Positions 14,389-26,650 of a stretch of 64,000 nt of DNA are shown in pieces (position 1 is the stretch's first letter; each line of letters opens with the position of its first letter). The DNA lies in contig CM074807.1 of the NCBI GenBank assembly GCA_037447605.1, positions 1,984,001 to 2,048,000 of the forward strand, read 5' to 3'. This DNA is from Zygnema circumcarinatum SAG 698-1b (lineage: Eukaryota; Plantae; Zygnematophyceae). The notes under the pieces were generated by a model. The model was not told where the DNA came from. It was given only the letters and a program-made list of their open reading frames with translations, and searched no databases. Made by a program: the position numbers and the translations under genes.

Positions 14389-17300
14389 ATGCAGGGCGGC
14401 CGCAGCCTCTTCGCCGCGCGGAAGGCTCTGCGCGCGGCTGTCAGCCGCCGCTGGTCAGCACCCTCCCTCCCTCCCTCGCAGCTCTCATGCGCAGTCTGGA
14501 TTTTATCAGAAGTGTCAATGCAACGCCCGTAGCATGTTATGAACCGCTTTTAAAAAATTACAGTGTGGAGTTTTGTTATGCCTCAGCAAGTCCTGAATAA
14601 ATTTTGCAAGCAAGAGTTGTCCCCTCATCGAGAACAAACATTTTGAGTTCTCATGTGAGAGTAGTTTTTAATTTTATCCATGCACCTTTTGTATTTGTGT
14701 CCTTCTTTCGATTTCAAGTACCCTCTCAAAATGATTTTGATTTCAAACGACTAAACTAGTTTGCCAAGCTTATTGGATTCCGATGACTGCAGCCAAAACA
14801 CACAAAGGACAAGTTTGAGTTTCCTTTCAAGCCAGGAGACTTGCAATTCTCAGCAGCCAACAAAATATTTGCCGTCGACTGTTCTCAAATTATTTGGATA
14901 TGATCATTCCCGATCGCCTTCTTTCAGGCCATGCTTATCAAATCCCGAATACCTGGCAGCTCACCAGAGGAGCCTTTGGAGATCATCCCTGACTACTATT
15001 GCTGGTGAGGGAAAGAGTAATGGAGGTTCAGAGAGCGGAGAAGAAGGCAATGGGGGTGGAATTGCAGTGGACAGGTCGGGCCTCTTCAATGTTCCAGGTA
15101 AGTGGTCGTACTGCCTTCTTGCCTTCTTGCATTGTTAGATTCTGACGCATATCGAACGTTTGCGGCAGCTGAAATTGTACCCTCTATAATTCCCTCAACC
15201 AAATACTTTTTCTCGTCTGTCTGCTACTCTTGTTCTTATGCGGCAACTTGTTAGCTCTTTTTGTGGTATTTAATGAAAATGGCAGTTAATATTCTGGTAG
15301 TGGAGCGTCAGGATATCTCAGAAATTTCTAGTATTGATTGGTAAGGTTCATGGCCCGTGGGTCATTTCTGCCTGAGCGCACTCTCATCCACCGACCTCCG
15401 CGTGTTGTTTGCTTTTTCGGTGACTATCCTCAGAACATGGCCACGAGCCAAGGCCGGGAAAGAGCGATGAAACAGTGTTGACAAAGCATTTGAAGGCACT
15501 CATCCGGGTAAGTCAGCCAATGTTAGAGAAACTCACTAAAAGAATAATGCCTCAACCGAGTATTGTGGATGGAACAAAAAGAGAGTATTATGTAAGACGA
15601 TTGGATTTGCAGAACGGGCTTTGGGGAGCTAAGGACCCTATAGGATCATCGAACTGCCTTGCCTGGATATGTGGATTCTCTCTCCCCTAATCATTTTGAG
15701 ATGATTGGAGTGGATGCAGTTTCGCACTGGACCTATCACTGTGGCGGAGTACATGGAGGAGGTTCTCACCAATCCCATGGCAGGCTTCTATATGTACCGA
15801 GACGTCTTTGGAACGCATGGGGACTTCGTGACGTCACCAGAAGTTAGTCAGATGTTTGGTGAGGTTAGAAACGCTGTGCCTTTTACTGCCAGAAAGTCCC
15901 CGTTGGTATTCAGTCGCATAGTACAATCAAATCCGACGATTTGTCTTTTTCACGCCAACTCCTGAATGACAGGTTCTTAATCTGCTGGAGTATGTCAGAT
16001 TCATTAGGCATACGGGTATCGATGTGACCCTTTAATTCTAACGGCTTCATTCTTCTAGTGGCCATCTGGGAGTGGCATCAGTGGGTCAAATGGAGATGGG
16101 ATATGCTTCGGATGCGTTGAGGTGCTATCCCGTAAAGTTGAGGTTGAGTTTAGCTGGAGGTGGAGGGAGGGTTTGTTTTGCAAAAAGGGGCTCGCAGATG
16201 ATCGGCGTATGGACCGTAACTCTCTGGCAGCAAATGGGCTCCCCTCCTAAAGTGCGCCTGGTGGAGCTTGGACCCGGGAGGGGCACCCTCATGGCAGACC
16301 TTCTGCGAGTGAGTGACAACACGTGATCCTCTTTTTTTTGGAACTTGGTTGAGGAACTACGCCTTTGGAAGGTCCTTTATGATGGTGAAAGCCTGTTTGC
16401 CATTCGATCAAGTAGCTTCCTTATACTTGGGCTAGTAAAAATATTGTGGACTGGAGAGCCTCCACTCTCTGTCGTAAGGTAGTTTTCACTTTTTGCGACT
16501 CATGTCGCAGGTCTCGAATGGGACTGATATTGGTTAAGTGAAAGTAGAATTGAGCCGGATAAGTGGTAGACGGAATGTCTATGTTTCAGCTCATCTATCC
16601 AGCCTTTACTCTTCCGGATAACTTAATCAGATAGACTTGTTTCAAATGCATGGGGCTCGTGGAACAGCCTCAATTTCCCTCAGTAGCTGGTGAATCTGAC
16701 GACCGAAAGCTGCTGTCCTTGCCGTAAAGACCGGCGGCAGAGCAGTTACCTCATGGATGAAATTTTATTGTCGTGCAGGGGACGGCCGTGTTCAAGCAGT
16801 TCGCAGAGGCTTTGGAGGTTCACCTGGTGGAGGTCAGCCCTGCTTTGCGGAAGCTGCAGTATGACAACCTCCGCTGCAAACCCCTCCAAATGGCATCTCC
16901 TGATGCAGAGCCCGTTCCAAAAACCCATGAGAGTTCACAGGAGTCGTTGAGGGAGGATGAGTCAGTCACAGCATTTTCCTTGCCCTCGGAAAAATCGTTA
17001 GAAGATTCGGCAGTTGTACAATCTTGCATATCCGGGGCGTCGGTGACATGGCATTCAGCTCTCGAAAGCGTACCAGAGGGTGGTGAGTAATAACTCCAGT
17101 GCAGCATTTGCTCTCAAATGTGTTGCTTGCTTACAAATGCACTGTTTAACCAGTGCGCTCGGAGCTTAAATCTACTTGGTGAAAGACATTCTGTGACATA
17201 TCCGGGTTGGTTTACGCTGTGTCGCGGCCCATTGGATAGTACTGGAATAGAAGGAAAAGTGGGGCTGGGGGAGAGGTGGAAAATGAAGTGGAAGCACAAG

Positions 17301-19166
17301 TGAGGAATGGCAGGAAGTCAGCATTTGAACTGACAGCCATCCTTGTCCAATTGCTTATGATGATGGTCCACAGTACCAACCATAATTCTGGCTCACGAAT
17401 TCGTCGATGCTCTGCCCGTGCACCAGTTTCAGGTACGATAGCTGAATGCAATGCGCACGAGCATGACCTACTCGGAACTGTAACCTAATCTCCTGACTTT
17501 TCATCATATCATCATGTTTCATTCTGCTGGTTTAGGTGCCAGCGAGGCCAGCAGATCAGACTCGTGATCGTTGCTAACTTGAATGGCATAAGAAAGGCCA
17601 GCAAAGGAGCTATTGCCTGCCAACTCCGTAATCTACTTGCGCTTCAGAAACGAAGTCTAGTGTGCTGCTTGTCTGATGCACTCAGCATCCGTATTGAATG
17701 CTCTTTGCTGCTTTTTCTTACATCATTTGCCTTTCAGACACTGAGAAAACTGGCTGTAACGGGAACTGGTATGAGCTACACTGGAACAGATGACAGAGAA
17801 TGGCTGGAGGGAGAAACTCGTGGATGTGGCGGAAGATGACAGGTCACACTATGTCCCTTGACGAGTCGTGTTGCTACTGCGTCCTTGATTTCTTGCATTT
17901 CATAAGGGAAACAAGTTTATCGAGCATAGCGGTGATCGGTTTCGTTGTAGACCTTTCACTCCAATTCTTTGCTTCCTGTACATAACGCATTCAGGAGTTA
18001 TCCACGGATACAGACATATGAGAAATGTACGATAATCTATAGCATGCAAACCTTATACCCTTGTAATTTTGCTCTGCAGCCCCCATCACTTTCGGTTCGT
18101 GTTGGCTCCGATTCCCACGCCTGCCACAAACCTCTACTTGAAGAAGCGCCTTGGATGGGTGGCGCCCCTAGACGAGGAGGAGGTGGGCCCACAGGTGGAG
18201 GTCTGCCCCGGGGCGCTGCGCCTTGTGGCCGACATCGCCAGGCGGGTCGGGAAGGACGGGGGCGGCGCCCTCATCATCGACTATGGCGAAAACAAGCTCG
18301 TGCAAGACAGCCTGCAGGTGTGTGTGTGCAAGGGCTCGACCAGTTCAGTGACGTATGGATTTGCTACTGGGCAATAGGCAAATCCCAGTTGTAGTACCTC
18401 GCTGATGAATTAGCTCGTGGACTGTAGCAGGAGTAAGGCGAGATCAGTCAAAGCTGGGGAGTTGATAGGTTCTTTAAAGATCTTGTCTGCTTGATGATAC
18501 CAAAACGGTATTGATGTCTTTTTTGCTGACCTTGCCATGAACAGGCTATTCGCAAGCATCAGTTTGTACATGTACTGGATGCCCCGGGCACTGCAGATCT
18601 GAGTGCATATGTTGACTTCCAGTCTCTTATATGCGCTGTCCAAGAAACTAGGTGTAAGTACCTTTTTATCCTTGTTGTTTACAACACTGCCTAATTTGCA
18701 CCTCCGCCGCCAATCTCTCGTTCTAGTTATTTCAGATGTGCATTACTGTATGTAATCCAGGCTCTACTGCACGTTGCGTATTGGGACTGGTTTACTGAAG
18801 TACATTGTTGCAGCTCGGAATGACTGAAATGGTCGAGCTCCTAAAAGACAAAGCTTTTCCTCATTAGGTTTGCCCTTGTCCTCTCTTCCTTGCATGGCAG
18901 GCGGAGCAACTGCGTATGGTCCCGTGGCCCAAAACAGGTTCCTGCATGCCATGGGCATCAACTTCCGTGCGGAGGCACTCGCTGCGACCTCCACTCCGGA
19001 GCAGCAGCAGGACCTTCAGCGCGGATACTGGCGGCTCATGGGGGAGGGGCAGCCCGCGTGGGAGGAGGACGAGGATGGTCTGCAAGCGCCGCACGGAATG
19101 GGGACGCGCTATATGGCGCTGGCCATCACCCAGGACAGCCTGGGGCCGCCTGCAGGTTTCTTGTAG
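14389..19166 (+). CDS. NDUFAF7: Mitochondrial protein arginine methyltransferase NDUFAF7/MidA (complex I assembly), about 11 exons
   Basis: GPITVAEYMEEVLTNPMAGFYMYRDVFGTHGDFVTSPEVSQMFGE, VELGPGRGTLMADLLR, HLVEVSPALR, AHEFVDALPVHQF, GGALIIDYG, PGTADLSAYVDF, GMGTRY. Confidence 0.93.
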
Positions 19167-19651
19167 CGCAAAGCCTGAACCTTAAGTAGGCTTGGTGTCT
19201 TGTCGGAACAAAGTGATTGTGAACAATGATAAAGTCATGGGAGGTATGAAGGAAATCGAAGAAAGAATTGAAATTTGTTTTCTTTACAGAGTAGATACAT
19301 TCTTTTGACGTTTCCCAAAGGGAACCCCAGAAGCGGCCCCAGCTTCCGATGGAAGCAGGGCCCTAGATAAGGAGGCGACTCTGAGGTTATGCCGTCCGGA
19401 AGCGTGGCAAGTTGACAGCCTGACGCCATGCCCCGGCCGAGCAATGATAATACCTCCTCGCCTTATTGCACTAGTCCTATGAATTCAGTGTCTTGCGATC
19501 AAAGAAGACAATGGACTGTAAATGAGAGCCAAAAACCAGCTGCACGTGCTTTGCTGCTGCTGGGAAGAATTGGTGTCGAAATGCCCTGGTGCTGCGCTTC
19601 AGGTGAGTGGGCAGTACACAATGTGCGCCACAGTTTTGAACATTGACGACC

Positions 19652-22600
19652 TCATGTCTCTGACGAAGGTGGCGAAGAAACTGACGGGTCTGCTGAGCCG
19701 GGAGGAAGCTTCTCCCGGATTTCGATTGCAAGCAGCTGCAGGGAATTGGCCACCGCCTCCGCCCAGCCGTAGTGCGGCTCCGCCCTGCGCACCCATGCAC
19801 TCACATGAGAATACTTCTTGTACGCACGCTACTACCTGGCATTGCCCAGAAAAGGGACTTACTGCCAATCACAATAGGGCTGTGAACTACAAAAAGCAAA
19901 ACAAAACGTCACGTATACGCATGCCTGGACTCTCATGAGTACGCATATATGACGCGAGAGGGAAAGCGAGAGAGAGAGCGAGAGAGCGCCAGCGAAAAGG
20001 AGAGGGTGGGAGGGAGGGAGGGAGAGGCACGGACTCGTAGTACGTGGCCTCCTTCACGCGAGCGTCCCAAAGCTCTCCGCTCGTGCTGCGGCCGTACTTG
20101 TGCACCTCTCTGGAGGCGGGGCAACAGCCGCAAGGTCAGCCCTCGTGCTGCGACGTGCTGCATTTTGGAGCAGCCTCACGCAATCACATGTATCATGTAT
20201 CATGGCTCCCTTTTTCTTAGAATAGAATTGCGGAGGATATTGAACTCACCCGTTGCCAAAGTGCTCCTCTCCCCACGTCCGCGACCACCCTGCATGGCAA
20301 CTCAGGCAAATTTCCGAGCGGGGAAACATAAGGGAAAAAGTTTTGCAAGTTTCAAGCCCGGGATATCCCCTGAACTTCGGGCAGCCATGGCCGCTATTCT
20401 TGCAAGTCTGTTCAGCAACAGGCATCGTCCATTCGGAGGGAACCACATGCAATCACATGCAATCAGGATTCACTATAAGGACCAAAGAACTCCCATCAAA
20501 CCCTCCACGCCCTGTCGTTTGCCAAACTATGATCTGAGTTTCTCCAAATTGGAAGGCAGCCGATTGGCAGCAGCAAAAGATTTATAGACTTGTTTGGACA
20601 GCTCTCCTCTGATGGCTTCATTCCCAGAACACTTCTTGTGGGGAAGGAGAAGGCAAAGCTCACGTTCGCCTGTGGGCGACACGTGCCAGGTCTCCCCTTG
20701 CCTTGTCCCGGGCCCCTTGTTGAAGCGCTCCTCCCACTTGTCCCCCCACTTGGTGCCCGCATCGCTCTCAGCCCACTTGTCTGTCCTGCGTGCACCAATC
20801 CCTCTCCCCTCAACAGCTGCCCCCCTCTCCTGCCACACTCCTACACAATCTGCCTCCCAAAGCAACAACAATTGCAGGTTCCCATAGAACTTGTCCTTGC
20901 ATATACTCCTCACTGCAGTTGCAGACTGCATGCACAACTGAAACTGCGAGCAGCCTCCGTGTATAGTAAGTGCGAATCTACAGAGTCCTCAGTTAAAGAC
21001 TTCTGCAGAAAAACATTACTTTCAAGCAGAGTCCTTTCATTCGCATCGGTGGCGGATACCACTCTCTGCAAAGGCATGCGAGTGATTTACGCGCCGTTCC
21101 AACTCTCCCCGGGGGAGGGGGAGGGGGAGGGGGAGGGGGAGGGGCGGAGGGCGCACCACTTGACGACGGCGCCGCGGCCGTCGTACTGTTCGCCCCACTT
21201 CTCCCACCACGATTGGTCGGCCAACCGCCCGTACTTGTGCGCGCCCTTCTCTGTCCACCCCTTCGCGTTGTACTTCTCCCACCTGCACGCACGCACCGCT
21301 GCAGCGTTAGAGGGAGCCGGCTTGCATGGGTAAGGTCCGGTGCTACACGCTGGACGGGAAAAGTGAGCGAATTAAGTAATGGGTTGGGTTCTGGAGAAAG
21401 CTTCACCAGCTGCACGCATCTGAAGGGAAGGGGAAACTAACAGACTGAGGTGTTCATGGAAATGCTGCCTCTCGACTACCATGGCTCTTGAGGAACAGAA
21501 AAGCTATCAATACAGCAAGGTCTGTTTATTCGGGAGGTGAGAAGCTTCTATCTGCTAAACATTGAAGACGAACAGGCTTTTAATTTGTCACTGGCAGCCA
21601 CTCGCATCTACAGTAAGGTTGAAACTAAGAGCGCTGCACATGTCCACAAGTAGCTTCAATGCTTGAACTGGCCTTCCTAGTCCACTGATGAGCGCGTGCA
21701 TGGAGAAAGACTCGTGAGAGTGCGTTTTCTAACCACTCCCGATGGACCCTACATTGGGAAACCGCGAAAGCAAGCGGACCTTTGCATTCTCCCTTTACCC
21801 TTGACCCCTCTCCACCACCTCAGGCAGGCATGCATGCAGGAGGCAGCACGCACCACTTTTCATTCCAAACCCCCCCCGCCCGCGACTTGGCCTGCTTGTG
21901 CGCGCTCTTCTCGATCCTGGCCAGACCGCTGCGCCGCCCCCCCCCCCGCCCGCCGCTCAGGGGGTCGCCCGTACACGGCCAATGCAGGAAAAGGAAGGGA
22001 GGATGGAGAACTGCCTCTCATGGGGAGGGAGGGAGGGAGGGAGGGAGGGAGGGAGGGAGGGAGGCCGCCTTAAAGGAATTTACTAAGAGTCGAACTGTTC
22101 TACTGATTAAGTAGTTCAGTCAGACCTTTGGCTGCCGTCAAGCACTGCTCCTCTTGACAGTGTAAAGTGGCAGGGATAGGCGATAGCCAGCCTCTTTTTA
22201 GCCACCGCGCCAATCAGACCCGACCTAATTGAGCTTTGCCAACTTTTTCGCCTCCCCTACCACTCGTGGCCTGCATCACTGGCTGAATTTTCTATCAAAC
22301 GTAGAGGAACCATCCGCCTTTCACCAACTCCCACCTCAACCCACCCGGCGAACGCACTCATCGTACCATTTTCGTCTAAGTATGCTCCAATTTTTAACAC
22401 GACTCTATCTCTGGCTATTCGCTGTAGGTCTGCAGAGTTTCACAGTTGGTGCCCGTCTAAATGGACACAGCCCTACCCTCACCCTCCTCTATTCAACCTA
22501 AAAACCCTAAAACCAATAAAAAACCCCTTAAACCCTTTAAACCCTAAAACCCTACAAGCCATAAACCCCTTCCAACCCTACCCGCCCCGAGCTTTGCGCG

Positions 22601-24285
22601 CACCTCCAGTCGTCCTGCCGGAAGACCTCCTGCCACGTCTCCCACCAGCTGTCGCCCTGCGCGTTTCGCCCCGACTTCTCCGCCCCTGCACAGGCAGAGA
22701 GAGAGAGAGGGAGAGGGAGGGAGAGAGAGGGAGAGAGAGAGAGAGGCCTTAGCCCGCGCCCGCCCGCACATCCAGAGCGGGCGGGGCCCAGAGGGCGAGG
22801 GGGCGGGGCTCACCCAGCTCCTTGTAGCCGCTCCAATCGCTCTTTTCCCACCACTGCTCCCTCCCCCCCATCCATGGCCGCAGCAGGTCAAGGGCCGCAG
22901 AGCCTTACGAGCACTTCGACAGAGACCTGTGACACTGTGAAACCCTAACTAGCCGCTTGGACAACCGCCAAGCAGAGCTCACATTCCACCTCGCTTTAAA
23001 CTCTCGCTTCAGACCGCACGCCATCCAGTAAGCTTCCAGCAAGCGGCAACAACCGATGCTATTGGCTGCTCAGTTTCCGGATCCATTATATGACTCAACA
23101 ACCGCTCCACCCAGAACCTCTCTCTCTCCCCTTCCCCTTCCCCTCTCCCTCCCACTTTCTCTCCCATTCCCCTTCCCCTCTCCCTCTCCCTCCCAGGTAG
23201 TGCACGCGGGCTGACCGTCTCCTTCCACTCGACGGAGCCCTCCGCGTTGCGCCCCCCCATGACCGTCCACCGGCAGCGGTAACCGTTGTCCGCGCGGTCC
23301 TCCCCGCTCTCGCGATACCACGTGCTGCCGTCCTCGGCGAGCCCGGACTCGTTCGCGGGCGGGCTCTTCAGGGAGATGCCCCACTCCTGCTCGCTGCCGA
23401 TGCCCGTGTCTTCCGCCCACCCACACCCGCGCAGCACCGCGGCTGCCGCCCGCAGGGTCAGTCAGTGCTCAGCGCCGCCCGCAGCGCGCAGCAGCAGCCG
23501 GCGGGCAGCCGCAAACCCTAAATGAAGTAGCCCCCCACCTCGGCGAGGCGGTGTATCACGCGAGCTGGGGGGGATGCAGTGCCGCTGCAGCCGCCGCAGG
23601 AGGGCGCCTCCGTTGTCGCCGAACCGCGGCCTGCACGCACGCACGGGTGGCCCAGGACGGGCTCGGAATGACTCGCTGGGGCAAAGAAAACAAGGGCTTG
23701 CTGCTTGGATCTTTCAATATTTGATGCAATTCCATACCCTCTAAAATTGCGAGAGCATTCAGTTGTGATTACTAGTCTATCCCTTGAAAACAGAGACAGA
23801 ATAAGCGCCTAGATCTCGACAAACATCAACCTAGCATCGCCTGATCTTCTCCTGTCTAAGGAATGGCCCCAGAGCTCCTGTCAGCTCCCTGCAGCGCCCT
23901 GCTACGAAGAGGATGCCACGGACAAGGGGCAGGACCGTGCGGAACCAACCTACCTTGCATGAGAAAAGAGTTGACAGTCCAAGGCCGCCACCTGCAGAGT
24001 TGACACTCCTCCACGCCTCGCCGCCCTCCATCTCAATCCAGTCCCTTCCCGCCCCTCTTCCGCCCCGACCACCCTTTCAATCCGCGCCTTTCTCCCAATC
24101 CGATGCCCGCCTTTCCCGTACAAGTCCCCAGAGCTCAGGCAGTGCGCGCTGCGGCCGCGCGGGAGGCTCCCAAGAAGGCGCGGCGGGCGCAGCAGCGCGG
24201 TGCTCTCGCCGGGGGAAGGGGGAGGGGGCGGGGCCGGGGGGGCGCTTCGCAAGTGCGGCGGCGCGCGCAGGAGCAGCAGGCCCAT
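19652..24285 (-). CDS. ESV1: EARLY STARVATION 1 Trp-rich starch-granule protein, about 12-13 exons; 5' end uncertain
   Basis: SRDTPPRRDTGIGSEQEWGI, NGYRCRW, WWEKSDWSGYKELG, WEKYNAKGWTEKGAHKYGRL, TDKWAE..KWGDKWEE, WSRTWGEEHFGNG, EAEPHYGWA and a short Pro/Ser tail ending at TGA 19652. Confidence 0.9.
22495..22582. repeat. Degenerate telomere-like (AAA(A)CCCT)n tract in an ESV1 intron
   Basis: aaaaccctaaaacc...aaacccctt aaaccctttaaaccctaaaacccta...taaacccct. Confidence 0.7.
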
Positions 24286-26650
24286 GGGCAGCGCCGGCCC
24301 GCGCCCGCGCCCCCGCGCGGCCCCTCCTCTTCTGCTCCCTCTTCAGGCGCCCACCCCCCCCACCCCGGCGCTGACGCGGACTTCCGCCTTATCCACCGCG
24401 CGGGCCGCACAGCCCGCCGCGTGGCGCCCAGGGGGAGTGGGATCCGGGGACCGCCACGTGGAGGCCGGGGAGCCACCGGAGTGGCAGCTGACTAGGCAGC
24501 GCACGTGTGCGAGGATCGCGGGGTGCATCAGATTCGGCGCGAATCCGGGCGGGCGGGCGGGCGGGCGCGCGCACGGGTGGCGGGGGGCGCGGGCGGGGGA
24601 GGGGGCGCGCCTTATCCCGGGGCCCGCGCGGCGCGGAGGGGGCCGCGCCGCACGTGCGGGGACGTGGCGAGGGGCGTGGCGGCCTGCGGACCGCGCGGCC
24701 GGCGAGCGGCCCGGGCCGTACGGCGCGGATCGCGGACGCGCGGCCGGCGAGGCGCCAGGTGGCGGGGATCATTCAATGCGAGGCAGTCACGTCATGTCGC
24801 GTCATGTCACTGGCGCGCGATGCCGTACGGACGGTCCGCCTTCCTCCTGCATGTGACAGGACAGCGACAGGGACAGTGAGTGATAGGGACGGACAGGGAC
24901 AGAGCTCGCCGGCGGACCGCATGGAGAGGTTCACTGAACAGAACTGAACGGGATTACACGGGACTGGATGAGACTGAACTGCACTGTACGGGACGAGGCG
25001 TGACTGAACTGCGGAGTGCGTGCACGGCACAGGCCGCACGGGCCGCCTCCTCGCCTGCGCGCTCGAACTAGGAGTCGGGCTTCGGGGGTGGGCACCCGCC
25101 TGGCCGTGAGGGCCGGGCGGGCAGGCAGGGGGCGGGCTGCGAGGACCCGCCTCCCCTTTGGCCTGTGTCTGCGGGTTGTCGACCTGTCCGAGGGAGGGCT
25201 CCGCCTGACTCACTCGTCGGCCCATACGTTTTCATTCTAAGGCCGATTCTCTGCATTCAATAAGTCCAACAATTGAAAATGTTTTGCAACTATTGGCTAC
25301 CAATGGTGACAACCTTTAGCAATGTTGGCTGGCCCGCCAATCAATGAATTCAGGTTTACAAGGGTTGACTACTTGAATGGGTTTGCCAATTAGTGCTCGT
25401 GATCATTGACAATTCAATGGTTGGCAACCGCGCAATCCAGTGGTTGCAAGTTCCGTGTTGGACCCAATGGTCCGCCCTCGTGCGTGCGGGGTGTGTTGTG
25501 CCTAGGGGGGAGGGCACCGGGGCTAGGCCTAGGCCTAGGCCTGGGGGCGTGCCCCGGCCCGGCCCTTGGCTGGAGTCTCGACGCGGGTCCACGGAGCGGG
25601 GCGGGCTCCCCCCCGGCTGGCGGCACTGCCGACGTGGCCGCCACGACCGCGTTTTTCAGAACGTTGACTGGGGGTGACAAAGGTTGTGTCCAATTGTGCG
25701 CCGCCACGTGGCTGCTGAGGATCAGATTCGAGGCCACGCGCGGTGCTTGTGTCACGGCGGCTCGCAGCCGTTGACCGGGGTGACCGCCGGTCAAACTCGG
25801 TCAAACTCGGTCAGACGGAGTTCGGCTGAGTGAGGACTGAGCCCTGCGGTTGACCGCCATCCGATGATGGCCGGCCGGGGTTTGGGGTTGCCATCATTCC
25901 TGCCGCTGCCCCATTTGGAGCCATCCCACGGCTGAGGCTCACCGCACTGTATCTACGGCTGAGGACGATTTCTTTCAGGACCGTTGAGGTGCACAGCCGT
26001 TACGGTACCGGTACGCGGCACGGCTGACGGCATCACTACCGGATGGACGGTTGAGATTCACTCAACCGTATGGATGAGGTAATGTGTACGGCTGTGCACC
26101 ATCCTACGGCTGCTGTGAGCCTGTGAGACATTCGCTTATCGTGTGGTACGGATTTGGCCTGTGTGTTGCCGCATCGTGCGGCTGCATCGCGGGGTCCACA
26201 TCCGACGGCTGAGATTGACCCGTCCTCCGCCAACGGCTTCCCGGCTCCCGTTGAACGCAAGGCGTGACAGCGAATCCCATGTCGCCGTGAGCTGCCACGC
26301 CTCGCTGTTGACGACGCGCCGCCTGTTGAACTGTGCATGTAGCGGCCCCCGCCTCGCTCGCGCTCCCGCGCTGGGGGCGAGTTCCCCCGCGCGCTGCCCG
26401 CTGGGCCTGGGCCGGGGCCGGGGGGAGGGGAGGGCGCGGAGGCGGGAGAAAGGGAGTGAAGGAGGGAGGGCGAAGGGCCCACGGCTGCGAGTAGGGCAGA
26501 GTAGTAGGGCTCTCTGCGCCCCTGCGCGTGCGGGGCTCTCTTTATCTCAAGCGCAGCTTGCGGGAGGATGGCGCGGAGGTGAAAGCTTCGGGCCAGGGCG
26601 GCGCACCCGCGCGCCGAGAAGAAAGAGGCGCCCGCTGCATCAAGGAAGCC

